Shown: one piece after another, positions 37,059 through 46,825 of the stretch
Layout of the letters: the number at the start of each line of letters is the position of its first letter
How positions within the stretch are numbered: position 1 is the first letter of the stretch
DNA from: Acidobacteriaceae bacterium
GTDB taxonomy: Bacteria > Acidobacteriota > Terriglobia > Terriglobales > Acidobacteriaceae
Direction of reading: 5' to 3'
Assembly: GCA_035545435.1 (NCBI GenBank)
Contig: DASZYN010000728.1
Location: 1-50,865, forward strand
Length of the DNA stretch: 50,865 nt
Made by a program: the position numbers and the translations under genes
Notes under the pieces: generated by a model
Told to the model about the DNA's origin: nothing
The model's input: only the letters and a program-made list of their open reading frames with translations
The model's database searches: none

Positions 37059-38795
37059 TTAGGGAATGAATGTGTACCCGTGCGTGAGGTGGCCCTGGCT
37101 ATCCGTGAACAGCACGTCCGTCCGGGCTCCGTTCCACGATGTCGAAGCGGCAACGCTGGTGTTGACGCCCAGGCCGCCCGAGCGCCAGGGCGTCCAGCCG
37201 ACGCCCGACTGAAACACACTGCTGGTCCCTGATCCGGCGCTGGTGCTGCACATCGCCACCAGTTGACCGAACCCACGTGCCGCAAGCGTGATGTTTCCGT
37301 TGCACGGCGGAACCGGCGAGGGGACGAGGTTCCAGGGGGCCCATCCGGAGGTTCTCGAGTCATGCGGCAGCGTGTTGTTATTGAAGCCCATGATGTCGAT
37401 GCGTCCGGTTCCCCAAGAGGTGGCGCTGAACGATCGGGACGTGTCGAGCCGGCCGGCCGACCCGCCGATGGGTAACCATCCGGTCCATGAGCCGTTCTTG
37501 AGCTGGTTCACGTCGACGCCGCCATCAGACCGCATTCCGAACACGTCCAGGGAGTTGGGACCTTGTGAATCAATCGCGACCCGAACGTAAGAGCCACCCA
37601 GCGCGTTGTCCCACCCCTCCCAGTTGGTTCCGTCGGTGGTGGCGACGTGCATGACCGATCCGACCGAGTTGAGCGCAACCACGTCAATCCGGTTGGGCGC
37701 CCACGAGACCGCGGCCGGCTGCGAGAAAATGCCCGAGCCAATCCCGATCGCAGGGAGGGTCGTCCAGTTCGACCAGTTGTTCAGGCAGACGCCCGTGCAG
37801 TGCTTCGTGTAGACATTCCGGTCGGTACCGGTCGCAAAGACGTCGAGTCGGCCCGTCCAGGACGACAGGGCGACACCAGGCGAGCCGATGAGGTTTGCGC
37901 CCAGATCCTCGCCCCCGGCCAGGGACAGCTGGCCGGACTGTCCCAAGGGGACGCGGTACGCGCAGCCTCGGCTGGACTTGTCGAAGATGTGCGCGACGTA
38001 GCCCTGATGGCCGTTGGCGAAAGTCAGCCGGAAGTCGGTGGGGTCTCCGTTCGTTCCGTTCCAGGAGCACCCGGGGACCGAGGCGACCTGATCGCAGTCG
38101 GCGAGCTCTCCATCCGTGCAGGCGGAGACGTTGTCGGCATGCCAGCCGGTCGACAGGTCCGGGTTCGTCGCCGCTTCGAAGATCTCGTGACTGGCCTGGG
38201 CCTCCCAGGCCAGCTCGTTATTCGACTTCGCGGGAGAGGTGGTGCGATGAACCGTGCAGTTCAATCCACCGCCATATGGAACGAACCCCACCCACTGGTT
38301 CGGGCCCGCGGTTGTGTGGTGAGCAGAGCAACCACCCGAGGTGCGCGCGGTGACCAGGATCAACGTCTGCGCAGAGTACGGCGGGATAAACCCAAACGCC
38401 TGGAGCTGCGCGACTTCTGCGAAGATCTGGGCGTCACTTGGAGGATCGCCGGGGGGAGTGGCGGTGTCGTGAAACCATCCCTGGCCCGCTCGGAACGTGC
38501 TGACCGACGCACTGAACACGCCATATTGCCGGATCGTCGGTTCCGTCGAACCCGGGTTCGAGATGTAGCCAGCCAGGTCCGAGAGATACGTCATTGCTGT
38601 CGGAACCTCGGTCCTCTCATCGAAGGAGCCCCAGAACAACACGAACACCGACGGTGTGTTGATGACCGTGCCATTGTGATACGTCACGGATGGTGTCTGC
38701 GCGCGCGCCGCTCCGGCGCTGCCGAGGTACAGCGCCGCAGCGCAGATCGTCGTCCGCAGGACGCGTTGCCTGCTTTTGTCGCCAAAGGCTTTCAT
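37059..38795 (-). CDS. Secreted protein: unknown N-terminal domain + C-terminal DUF346 / PLL-lectin-like beta-propeller
   Basis: Signal ...ICAAALYLGSAGAARAQ. The C-terminal half has ~5-6 blades of the type R(L/I)DV(F/V)-x-x-x-x-D-x-x-(V/L)-x-H-x-x-x-x-x-x-W-x-x-W-x-x-(L/I)GG. Confidence 0.75.
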   Translation of the reverse strand: MKAFGDKSRQRVLRTTICAAALYLGSAGAARAQTPSVTYHNGTVINTPSVFVLFWGSFDERTEVPTAMTYLSDLAGYISNPGSTEPTIRQYGVFSASVSTFRAGQGWFHDTATPPGDPPSDAQIFAEVAQLQAFGFIPPYSAQTLILVTARTSGGCSAHHTTAGPNQWVGFVPYGGGLNCTVHRTTSPAKSNNELAWEAQASHEIFEAATNPDLSTGWHADNVSACTDGELADCDQVASVPGCSWNGTNGDPTDFRLTFANGHQGYVAHIFDKSSRGCAYRVPLGQSGQLSLAGGEDLGANLIGSPGVALSSWTGRLDVFATGTDRNVYTKHCTGVCLNNWSNWTTLPAIGIGSGIFSQPAAVSWAPNRIDVVALNSVGSVMHVATTDGTNWEGWDNALGGSYVRVAIDSQGPNSLDVFGMRSDGGVDVNQLKNGSWTGWLPIGGSAGRLDTSRSFSATSWGTGRIDIMGFNNNTLPHDSRTSGWAPWNLVPSPVPPCNGNITLAARGFGQLVAMCSTSAGSGTSSVFQSGVGWTPWRSGGLGVNTSVAASTSWNGARTDVLFTDSQGHLTHGYTFIP

Positions 38796-38814
38796 GGGTG
38801 ATCTCCTTGGTCGT

Positions 38815-40857
38815 TCAGTTCGTCGCGTAGATGTGGACCTGGTACGGCTGAAACGAGTCGGTGAACGACTGGGCGAACAGCAACCCCACCAGATAGTTCT
38901 CGCCGACCACGTTGAGGGTCTTCTGCCCCGCCGGCAGGCCGGTGACCGTCATGGGCACCCGGCTCAGCGTGTTCGGCGAGGTGTTGAGCACGATGACGTA
39001 GGTCTTGCCGCCGAACTGGCGCCAGGTCGCTTCGATCGGCCAGTCCGCGGCGGACCTGCCGACCGAAAACCCGATCGCGCTGGGGTTCATCGGGCTCTGG
39101 ATCATCGAGGCCAGACCGGTGATCCGGGCGTTCTGGGCGGTCATCTCGACCAGGACGTCGGGCGTGACGCCGTCCGGGCACCAGCCCTGGTCGTCGGTGT
39201 GGCAGAACGAGTAGGTGAAGTAGGTGATACCCCGCGCTCCGTGGATGATCGCCAGCCACACCTCGGCCCGCAGCTGGCCGGGCATGGGGCCTGGCAAGCT
39301 GGGGTCGTAGATCCGGGGGCTCGCCTCGACGAAGACGAACTGGGGCTTCGACGACCAGCGAGCGACCTTGTCGATGGTCCGCGCAACGGTCCGGATGTCG
39401 GTCAGCGGATAGGGATTCTGGCCCCACGGCATCCCGGTCGCGTTCACCGGGTAAAAGTCATGGAAGATCCAGTCGTCCTTCGACAGAAAGGTCGGGTAGC
39501 AGGTCGTGACCGCGTTCGTGTAGTCGCCTGGCCCGCCGCAAATGTCGCCGGTGGGGTCGAACAGGAATCGCCCGACCAGGTCCACCGAGATCGGCGGATG
39601 CCCCTGGACGCTGTTGAGGGCATCGTAGGTCGTCGCGATGTGCGCGGCGCCCGCCTCACCCGACGTGTCCGGTTCGTCCTCGATCAACCAGTCCAGTAAG
39701 TTGGCCTCGCCCACGTCGAGCGAGGGGGTGGCCCGAGGCACGCGGATCATCTTCAGCTTCGTGCAGCCGCTCTGACCGACGCAGTTCGCCGCGTTGGTCC
39801 AGTTGTCGATCGTCTCCGGGTTCGGATACAGGGGCGGCAGCGCGTAGGTGGGGACGCCCGCGACCATGTTGATGCCCCGGGCGCGCCAGGTAGGGAAGTC
39901 GACTGCGTACTGTGCCCAGACGCCGAGCGGGAAGAAGCTCGATAGCTTGGAGGGCGTCGCCCCCGGCCTGCGCACCGCCGACGAGCTCCAGTTCCCTGCG
40001 ATCACGATGTCCGTGCTGGCGGCGGAGCTGTCGTTCAGGTACACGTCGGCGACCGACTGCTCCATGAAATTAAGGAGAAAGCGCTGAGTGCCGAGGGTGA
40101 CGCCGATGGTGACCTTGCCATCTGCGTCCCAGTCGCCGACCACCGGGCGCATGCCCACGTCGCCGAGCGGAACGACCACGTCTGCGATGGAGGCTCCGGC
40201 CGGGTTGTTGGTCAGCAGGAAGGTCGCGTGCGCGGGATCGTAGACACCGACCGTGTCGATCCCGTCGCCGTTCCAGTCGCCGACGACCGGAATATTGCCG
40301 GGGTCACCGAAGCCGAAAGTGAGGTCGGCCGGGCCGGCGCTGTTGCTGTTGCGGAGCGAGAACACCCCGTTCCGGTAGGTCCCAGGCGTCGCCTTGCCGT
40401 CGCCGTCCCAATCGCCCACTACCGGCAGATCGGTCGTGCCGCCAAAGCTGAACGTCACGTCCGCCGTGCCGTTGCCCAGCGTGTTCGACAGCAGCCACTG
40501 CCCCTGCCGCCAGACCCCCTGGGTCTCCACTCCGTCGCCGTTCCAGTCGCCAACCAGCGGCGTGTCGTTGGGGTTTCCGTAAACGAAGGTCTTGGCAGCC
40601 GGCGGCGACGTGGACCCAGGCGGTGCCATTTCGAGCGTCCACTGTGCCGTCGAGGGTCGAAAGTGACCCAAGAGGGTCCGTCGAAGCGGCCGGGCATTGC
40701 CCCCCTTCGCGAGCGCCAATTGGACCGTCTGCGCCTCCGAGTTGCCGGTCGGCCCGCCGCACCCGGCCGCCCCGAGCACGAACGCCAGACACGCGACCCT
40801 CTTCAAGGAATTTTCGCGGACCGCGAAAGGGAACCGCGCCTCATTGCTCTTCGCCAT
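38815..40857 (-). CDS. Lipoprotein with FG-GAP/VCBS-like repeats and C-terminal TIM-barrel-like (glycosidase-like) domain
   Basis: ATG at 40857: MAKSNEARFPFAVRENSLKRVACLAFVLGAAGC (lipobox). Five (V)VGDW(N/D)(G/A)DG repeats. The C-terminal ~400 aa (FFPLGVWAQ...) are of uncertain family. Confidence 0.75.
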   Translation of the reverse strand: MAKSNEARFPFAVRENSLKRVACLAFVLGAAGCGGPTGNSEAQTVQLALAKGGNARPLRRTLLGHFRPSTAQWTLEMAPPGSTSPPAAKTFVYGNPNDTPLVGDWNGDGVETQGVWRQGQWLLSNTLGNGTADVTFSFGGTTDLPVVGDWDGDGKATPGTYRNGVFSLRNSNSAGPADLTFGFGDPGNIPVVGDWNGDGIDTVGVYDPAHATFLLTNNPAGASIADVVVPLGDVGMRPVVGDWDADGKVTIGVTLGTQRFLLNFMEQSVADVYLNDSSAASTDIVIAGNWSSSAVRRPGATPSKLSSFFPLGVWAQYAVDFPTWRARGINMVAGVPTYALPPLYPNPETIDNWTNAANCVGQSGCTKLKMIRVPRATPSLDVGEANLLDWLIEDEPDTSGEAGAAHIATTYDALNSVQGHPPISVDLVGRFLFDPTGDICGGPGDYTNAVTTCYPTFLSKDDWIFHDFYPVNATGMPWGQNPYPLTDIRTVARTIDKVARWSSKPQFVFVEASPRIYDPSLPGPMPGQLRAEVWLAIIHGARGITYFTYSFCHTDDQGWCPDGVTPDVLVEMTAQNARITGLASMIQSPMNPSAIGFSVGRSAADWPIEATWRQFGGKTYVIVLNTSPNTLSRVPMTVTGLPAGQKTLNVVGENYLVGLLFAQSFTDSFQPYQVHIYATN

Positions 40858-40953
40858 GAAGAGGAGATGCGCGCTGCGGCGGCTTTTGCGGGCTCGGGCG
40901 AGAAAGGTTCGTCCGGCCACCGGCGCGACGGCGCCCGACGAGCTCCGCGGCTG

Positions 40954-42762
40954 TCAGCGGAACAGGTTGACTTCACGCCATGCGACCCAGGACGGACTCG
41001 CCGTTGTCTGAATGCGCACGTAACGAACATTCGTGAAGGTACCCGACAAGACCAGCGCCTGGCCGGATTGGGTGTTGCCGTCGAACGAGCCGAGGACGCT
41101 GAGCGAGCCCAGCGTTGGTCCACCGTAGACGACGTGATGGGTGTAGCCGGCGGGCGTTTGTTCGACTACCAGCTCCACACGCGACAAGGTCTGCGGCGCG
41201 TGCAGATCCAGATCGACGCTAGCCGGCGCGTAGCCGCCGGAGCTCCACGCGGTAGCGAGATCTCCGTCGACGAGGAACGCCAGCGAGGCATCGCTGGCCA
41301 GAGACGAAGGCGATGGGTAGATGCGGGTCGAGCCGCTCGCGAAAATCGAAACGTCTTTCCAGGCGACCCATGACGGGCTGGCCTGTGTCTGCAGGTCAAC
41401 GTAGTTGAGCGGGCGCGAACCGGTCCAAGTGATTGTTTGGTTGTCAGAAGTCGAACCCGAAAAGGTCGCAATCGGACCGGCCGACGTTCCGGCATTTGCG
41501 CCCGACAAGACGTGCCTCGTGAATCCGGCCGGGGACTGGGCGACCACGAAGTTCATCTGCGTAGCGACGATGGGATCTGCGAATACGGCCGAAATGTCGC
41601 CGATTGGGTAACCGCCGCTGCTCCACATCGTGGACGTGGAATAGTCGAAGGCATAGCTGGGCCCGGTGGCCGCCGAGTAACTGGCACTGGCAAAGACCGA
41701 CGTCGGGTAGGCCAACCGCGCGCTGCCGTTCAGGAAATGTTGGCCAAGAGCCGTGTAGTACGTCTTGACCATCGGCAAGTCGGCGGTACCCACCAGTCCT
41801 TCGCTCGGGATGGTGTCCCAGAGAAACGGCATGACCATCACCACGTCCGGATCATTCTCCGCGAGCGCCACCTCGCGCTCCGCCCGGGCGAGGATGGCGG
41901 CCTGGGCGCTCACCGAGGTGTCAGGGCCGGATGCCATCTCCATCGCCTCGGGAATCACCGCTAGGTTCATGTGGTACGGGAGGTTGCTCCGAGCGACCGC
42001 CGCGCGAAGCATCGCGTAATAGTAGGGAACCGACCGCCAGTTGGCCGGATCCTTCGGATCGTAGATCTCCTTGGCGTAGCACTCCTGGAAAGTACCCGGG
42101 TAGCAATCGTAGCCGACGAGGTCGACGCCGTTCGGAATCGTTACCGTGGACGAATCGAGACCTTGCGCGGTGAACGTAATCTGTCGATGAATGTTCGGAT
42201 ACGTGTTCGCGAAGTCACTCTGGATCCGTGACGCCACGACGCCGAGGAAGTTCATCAAGGTGACATCGCCCACGGATGGCTCGTCGAACAAGTAGAAGCT
42301 GACGATGTTGTTCATATATGGAGCGATCATTTTCTTGTACGTGGCCCATCGGCTTTGCCAATCCGCCGTTGCTCGCGGAGAAGGTATCCCCCCTTGATCG
42401 AACACGAAAAACTCGTTGGCCACCGACAGAACAACGCCCATGGTTTTGGTCTTCGGGTTGGCGACCAGCGCTTTGAGCTCCGAGACTGACCTGGTCCCGA
42501 CCTCTTCGTTGCCGAAGTCGCCATAGCAGACGATGTTCGCCTGGTCTGCGGTCGCCGCGGCATCGTCGTACCGGAGGTCTGCGAAGTAACCGTAGTAACG
42601 CACGCCTTGCTTGCTCGGCGGCGGAATCGGCAGCGCGAACGCCTGCAGAGCCACACCCGTGAGGGCGGCGAAAGCGCAGAGCGCCGTCAAGCGCAGCGCG
42701 ACAGCCCGTCGAAGCGGGAGAATGGAAGAGACCGGCGCTTCCGTTTCGTACGATGTCCTCAT
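40954..42762 (-). CDS. Secreted protein: glycosidase-like N-terminal domain + two F5/8-type-C (discoidin) domains
   Basis: Signal LTALCAFAALTGVALQAFA. Two C-terminal ~130-aa repeats both end in ASPSWVAW(K/R)(D/E)V(S/N)(I/L)F and contain AFD/LVDGD...WSSGGY, as in discoidin/CBM32-type domains. Confidence 0.75.
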   Translation of the reverse strand: MRTSYETEAPVSSILPLRRAVALRLTALCAFAALTGVALQAFALPIPPPSKQGVRYYGYFADLRYDDAAATADQANIVCYGDFGNEEVGTRSVSELKALVANPKTKTMGVVLSVANEFFVFDQGGIPSPRATADWQSRWATYKKMIAPYMNNIVSFYLFDEPSVGDVTLMNFLGVVASRIQSDFANTYPNIHRQITFTAQGLDSSTVTIPNGVDLVGYDCYPGTFQECYAKEIYDPKDPANWRSVPYYYAMLRAAVARSNLPYHMNLAVIPEAMEMASGPDTSVSAQAAILARAEREVALAENDPDVVMVMPFLWDTIPSEGLVGTADLPMVKTYYTALGQHFLNGSARLAYPTSVFASASYSAATGPSYAFDYSTSTMWSSGGYPIGDISAVFADPIVATQMNFVVAQSPAGFTRHVLSGANAGTSAGPIATFSGSTSDNQTITWTGSRPLNYVDLQTQASPSWVAWKDVSIFASGSTRIYPSPSSLASDASLAFLVDGDLATAWSSGGYAPASVDLDLHAPQTLSRVELVVEQTPAGYTHHVVYGGPTLGSLSVLGSFDGNTQSGQALVLSGTFTNVRYVRIQTTASPSWVAWREVNLFR

Positions 42763-42814
42763 GTCTCAGAGATGCGCCGGTCCGGGCGATTTGCACGCAG
42801 GTCACAAACGATAA

Positions 42815-45427
42815 CTATCGTCGGACGGACAGGGAGCCACTGCGGGCAGCCAACCAGCGGCCGATCTCGTCGCGATCGGGCGCAGCCTGGGGCAGGGTCG
42901 GCAACCCCGCCCGGGCGGCGGCGGCCTCGGCGCGGGCGCGGGCGGAAGCACCGCTCGCCCACAACGCTTGCGCTAGCGCAAAACGAGTGTCGGAGACCAG
43001 CCACGCGTTCGGCTCATGGGGAAGGCGGATGGCCAACGCCCGCGTCAGCGCCGCGACGGCACCATGGGGATCCTTGGTGGCCAAGCGTGTGCGGCCCAAG
43101 CCAGTCAGCGCATAGCCCAGGTAGCGATGCTCGGGCCCGAAGACGGTCGTCCACGTGGAGATTGCGCGCTCGAAAGCCACGCGCGCATCCTCGTACCGGC
43201 CGAGCGCGTAGAGCGCCTCCCCTCGATTACTGAGACAGGCGGCAACGTAGGAGCTGTCATCTCCGAAGGCCTGTCGATAAATTCGCAGCTCGCGGTCGTT
43301 TACGAACAGCGCTTCGGCTGGCTCCCCGAGGCCGACCAGCCCCAGGTCGAGATTCATCAGGGAGTTGCCGACGTCGGGACTGTCCGATCCCAGCACTTTC
43401 TCTTTGAGCCGCACGGCCTCTCGGGAAAACGACACGGCCGAGCTGAAGTCGTGCAGCCTGGACGCGATGGCGGCCCGTTCGGTCAAGATCCAGCCTCGGG
43501 TCCGCTCGTGTCCCGGTCCCATCCGGTCCAAGGCCGCTGCGGCCAGGGTCAACCAGCGCTCGGCCTCGGCGGCGCGGGAGAAATCCGTTTCCACGATCGC
43601 GCCCGCCAGTAGCGTGGCGGCATCGGCTAGCACCTCGTCGTGACGAGAGGCCTCGGCCTCCGCCAGCGCCTGGGCCAGGGTCGACTGCGACGTCGCTGAG
43701 TCGCCCGCCTCGTACTGCAGGCGACCGAGCAGCATCAGCACCTCCGCCAAGAGCGGCCGGTAGCCCAAGCGCCTAGCTTCGGCGGACAGCGGAATCGCCA
43801 TCGCCACCCCTGCCCCGTAGTGGCCCACGTCCAACAGGGCCTTGACCTGAGCGAGCGACTGACGAAGCCGGTCCACGGCCGCACGCGTTTCTTTGGCCTG
43901 CGGCGGCGGCACGACCGCCAACAGCACTGGAACATTTGCACAGCGATCGAGCGCGCCTAGCGCCTCCACCGTGGCCGTCGACCGGGCGACCATGGCGGCG
44001 TCGGCCGCCGCGAAGAGGCTCGTCAACGCCTTCAGCTCCTCGAGCCGCTCGTTGAGACAGGACATCCGGAGGTCCAAGACCTGCGAAGACTGCTCGCCGC
44101 GGACCTGAGTGGCCTCACAGGTTTCTGTGTAGGCGTCCGCCCATTCCCGCCGGTAGCGATCGAGGGCTCCGGCAGTCCGCTCCCAAATTGCGGGCGCGTC
44201 GCGCAAACCCGTCGACAGGAAGGCCTGCTTCACCGCTGCGCGCCGCGGAGCCCGCCCGCCCGCCTGCTCGGTGTCCCACGCGGCCGCCAGCCGCGCGGTG
44301 CCGCCGCGGCAGAGTTGCCCTTGCCGCCCGGCGATCCGGTATATCGAGAACGCCACGGCGACCAGAGCCACCGCTGCGGCGATCAGCACTCGGCTTCGAC
44401 GCCTACCGCTCCCCCGATCGAGTGCCGCCAGCAAAGCGGGCATGGAAGCGAAGCGCCGCTCGGGCGCGACCGACAGGCCGCGTAGGACGACGGACCGCAG
44501 CCAGGCCGGGACCTTCCGCCGCCCGGCCGGAAGATTGAGGCGCCCGTTCAAGACAGCGTCTCGGAGTGTGGGCAGGTCATCGCCCGAGAACGGACGGTGA
44601 TCATAGAGGGCCTCGAACAGTGCCACCGAGAAGCTAAATTGGTCGGACCGCGGCTCGGCCGGTTTGCCCAGCAGCTGCTCGGGCGCCATATAGCGCGGCG
44701 TTCCCATCAGGGCGCCGGTGCGGGTCAAAGCGATCGATTGCGGGGCCATCTGCTCCAGGTCACCTGTGTCGCCGTTGGACTGCCGCCGCACCAGTCCGAA
44801 GTCCATGACGCGCGCGACGCCCTCGCGGCTGACCATCACGTTCTCCGGCTTGAAGTCACGGTGGATCAGTCCGGCGGCGTGGGCGGCAGCCAGACCGCGA
44901 GCCGCGCCTGCGAATACTTCCAGGACTTCCTTCCATCCCCGGACCTGCCGCCGTCCCCAGTCCCCCAGCGTCTTCCCTTCGACGTATTCCATCGCGATGA
45001 AGACATGCCCTTCCCAGGTACCGGCGTCGTAGACAGCCACCACGTTCGGATGCGACAAGCACGCGATCGCCTGCGCCTCGCGCAAGAGTCTGCTCTGCGC
45101 TTCGTCGTCTACCGCGGTGTCGAGGTAATGCGGGCGGAGCAACTTGACGGCGACGCGGCGGTCGAGCTTCGGGTCGTAGGCCGCGTAGACCTGGCCCATG
45201 CCGCCGCGCCCGATCAAGTCGAGGATCACGTAGCGCCCGACCTCCGCGCCACGCCTCAGAGTTAGGTCGCCTGACGCCGTGGCCAAGAGGTCGAGACAGC
45301 TCGAGCAGAGACCAACGTGCCGTTCGATCCGATCGATGTCCTGGGGCTCGAGATGGCCGGACAGGAAGGCTGTTATCGTGTGTGGCGCCAGGCAGTCCAA
45401 GAGCTTGACCTCGGGCCGTCGCGCCAT
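42815..45427 (-). CDS. zf-HC2 (anti-sigma-like) - Ser/Thr kinase - TM - TPR repeat protein
   Basis: ATG at 45427. The N terminus DCLAPHTITAFLSGHLEPQDIDRIERHVGLCSSCLDL carries H-x3-C-x2-C (45296-45319). Kinase motifs: GRGGMGQVYAAYD, HRDFKPENVMV, DFG, GTPRYMAPE. TM VLIAAAVALVAVAFSIY. About 480 aa of TPR-like repeats. Confidence 0.9.
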   Translation of the reverse strand: MARRPEVKLLDCLAPHTITAFLSGHLEPQDIDRIERHVGLCSSCLDLLATASGDLTLRRGAEVGRYVILDLIGRGGMGQVYAAYDPKLDRRVAVKLLRPHYLDTAVDDEAQSRLLREAQAIACLSHPNVVAVYDAGTWEGHVFIAMEYVEGKTLGDWGRRQVRGWKEVLEVFAGAARGLAAAHAAGLIHRDFKPENVMVSREGVARVMDFGLVRRQSNGDTGDLEQMAPQSIALTRTGALMGTPRYMAPEQLLGKPAEPRSDQFSFSVALFEALYDHRPFSGDDLPTLRDAVLNGRLNLPAGRRKVPAWLRSVVLRGLSVAPERRFASMPALLAALDRGSGRRRSRVLIAAAVALVAVAFSIYRIAGRQGQLCRGGTARLAAAWDTEQAGGRAPRRAAVKQAFLSTGLRDAPAIWERTAGALDRYRREWADAYTETCEATQVRGEQSSQVLDLRMSCLNERLEELKALTSLFAAADAAMVARSTATVEALGALDRCANVPVLLAVVPPPQAKETRAAVDRLRQSLAQVKALLDVGHYGAGVAMAIPLSAEARRLGYRPLLAEVLMLLGRLQYEAGDSATSQSTLAQALAEAEASRHDEVLADAATLLAGAIVETDFSRAAEAERWLTLAAAALDRMGPGHERTRGWILTERAAIASRLHDFSSAVSFSREAVRLKEKVLGSDSPDVGNSLMNLDLGLVGLGEPAEALFVNDRELRIYRQAFGDDSSYVAACLSNRGEALYALGRYEDARVAFERAISTWTTVFGPEHRYLGYALTGLGRTRLATKDPHGAVAALTRALAIRLPHEPNAWLVSDTRFALAQALWASGASARARAEAAAARAGLPTLPQAAPDRDEIGRWLAARSGSLSVRR

Positions 45428-45448
45428 GGTACGACTTTCCGGCAGCGC

Positions 45449-46285
45449 ATGGAGGGGAACGGGGGTGTTGATGGCGCGCGTGTCGGTATGTTGTTCGAGA
45501 CCGCACGGTCCGCTCATCCAGAGCTGCTTCTCGACCTAGAGACGTTCGCGGCCCATGTGGCGCGGACGCGCGATGCGATCGACGGCCCGTTCTTCGCCGA
45601 AGATCTCTACTTGGCGGCGGCCTGCGCGGCACGCGTCGACGCGGCAGCCCGCCTCTTTCGCGATCGATTTGGCCCGATTATCCGGCGCGTAGTTGCCGGG
45701 CTCATCCCGGCCTCGGCCTTTCGCGACGACATCGAGCAGCAGATCTACGAGCATCTCCTGGTCGGTGGGCGAACCACCGGGGAGCCGCAGATTCAGACCT
45801 ACGGCGGTCAAGCGCCGCTGGGAGCGTGGCTGGCCGTAGTGGCGCAGCGGGCGGTCCTCATGGCCCTGCGTGCCGACAGCACACGCGCGAGAGCCCGCGA
45901 CGGCGTCGCGAGAGAGAGGCTGACCGAGGCGGTCTTTGATTGCGCCGGTGAGTCCGCGGTCATCCGCGACGAGGCGCGACCGCTGGTGAAGGAGGCGCTG
46001 GCGCGCGCGTGGGCCGAGCTTCCGTCCCGCGACCGAACCGTGTTCCATCTGCACGTCGTAGGCGGCGCCGGTGTCGAGAGGTTGGGGAAGATGTATCGAG
46101 TGAGCCCCTCGACGATTTCGCGGTGGATCGCGCGCGCGCGCGCAGCGCTTCTGAGCAAGACAGGAGAGGTTCTGTCCGCCGAGCTGCGCCTGACACCTGC
46201 CGAGAGCGATTCCCTCATGGCGCTCGTCATCAGCCAGCTGGACATCAGCGCCGGGGACCTTCCACTCCCGACTTCGTCTGGCTGA
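45449..46285 (+). CDS. Sigma-70-family factor divergent from the kinase (start uncertain: 45449 or 45488)
   Basis: Region-4 HTH LPSRDRTVFHLHVVGGAGVERLGKMYRVSPSTISRWIARARAALL. Region-2-like DIEQQIYEHLLV...WLAVVAQRAVLMALR. The upstream part of the 45317 ORF overlaps the kinase N terminus and is rejected. Confidence 0.75.
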   Translation: MEGNGGVDGARVGMLFETARSAHPELLLDLETFAAHVARTRDAIDGPFFAEDLYLAAACAARVDAAARLFRDRFGPIIRRVVAGLIPASAFRDDIEQQIYEHLLVGGRTTGEPQIQTYGGQAPLGAWLAVVAQRAVLMALRADSTRARARDGVARERLTEAVFDCAGESAVIRDEARPLVKEALARAWAELPSRDRTVFHLHVVGGAGVERLGKMYRVSPSTISRWIARARAALLSKTGEVLSAELRLTPAESDSLMALVISQLDISAGDLPLPTSSG

Positions 46286-46437
46286 CTGCGCTGAGTTGTT
46301 CCAGGTGCGCTATCCGTTGGTCGATCTCCGGTTGGCGCCATCGAGAAGTGGTTGTCTGATTCGCCGTCCCTCAGAGCATGGCACAGAGGTCGTGGACGGC
46401 CTCAGTCAGGTCGAACGGCTCGCAGCAATCGCCGCGG

Positions 46438-46617
46438 TCACTCGACTTCGATCACGCCTGGGCAGCGCCAGTGGCCGCGGTGCCAGCGCCCGCGCGGGCC
46501 GTAGTGGCCCTCGATCCAGACGCCGCCCGCGCAATGGCCGGGCACCGTCCTAACGTAGCACCCGCTGACGAGCGCCAGCACGGTTGCCAACCCGAACATC
46601 GCGACCGCTCGTCTCAT
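46438..46617 (-). CDS. Small (59 aa) putative lipoprotein, below the ORF-track length cut-off
   Basis: Hand translation: MRRAVAMFGLATVLALVSGCYVRTVPGHCAGGVWIEGHYGPRGRWHRGHWRCPGVIEVE*. Lipobox LVSGC; G-H-W / G-x-W repeats. Confidence 0.45.
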   Translation of the reverse strand: MRRAVAMFGLATVLALVSGCYVRTVPGHCAGGVWIEGHYGPRGRWHRGHWRCPGVIEVE

Positions 46618-46825
46618 CGAGAATCATTTTCTCTCGCGCGGGCGCGCGCAGTCAAATTGCCGTGTCGCCCGCGGAATGATCGGCGTCCGGGTCGACCCAT
46701 TCTCTCGGGGCGTCGCCGCAGAGCCGAATCAGCTTCTGCCGTCCTTACGGGGAGAGAACCCGGCGCTCAACATCCTCACAGGTAGCGTCGGAACCAGGCG
46801 CATCTCTTGATGGAGCCCACGCGTC

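Noticed and set aside
36326-41373. Plus-strand ORFs 36326..37069, 37647..38801, 38776..39699, 40228..41373
   Set aside because: All are antisense to the four signal-peptide-bearing secreted proteins. The translations are Arg/Asp/Gly-rich low-complexity sequence.
45317-45448. Upstream extension of the sigma-factor ORF
   Set aside because: It would overlap the kinase N-terminal coding region (zf-HC2 motif) on the other strand. Homology to the paralogue at 21 kb begins downstream.
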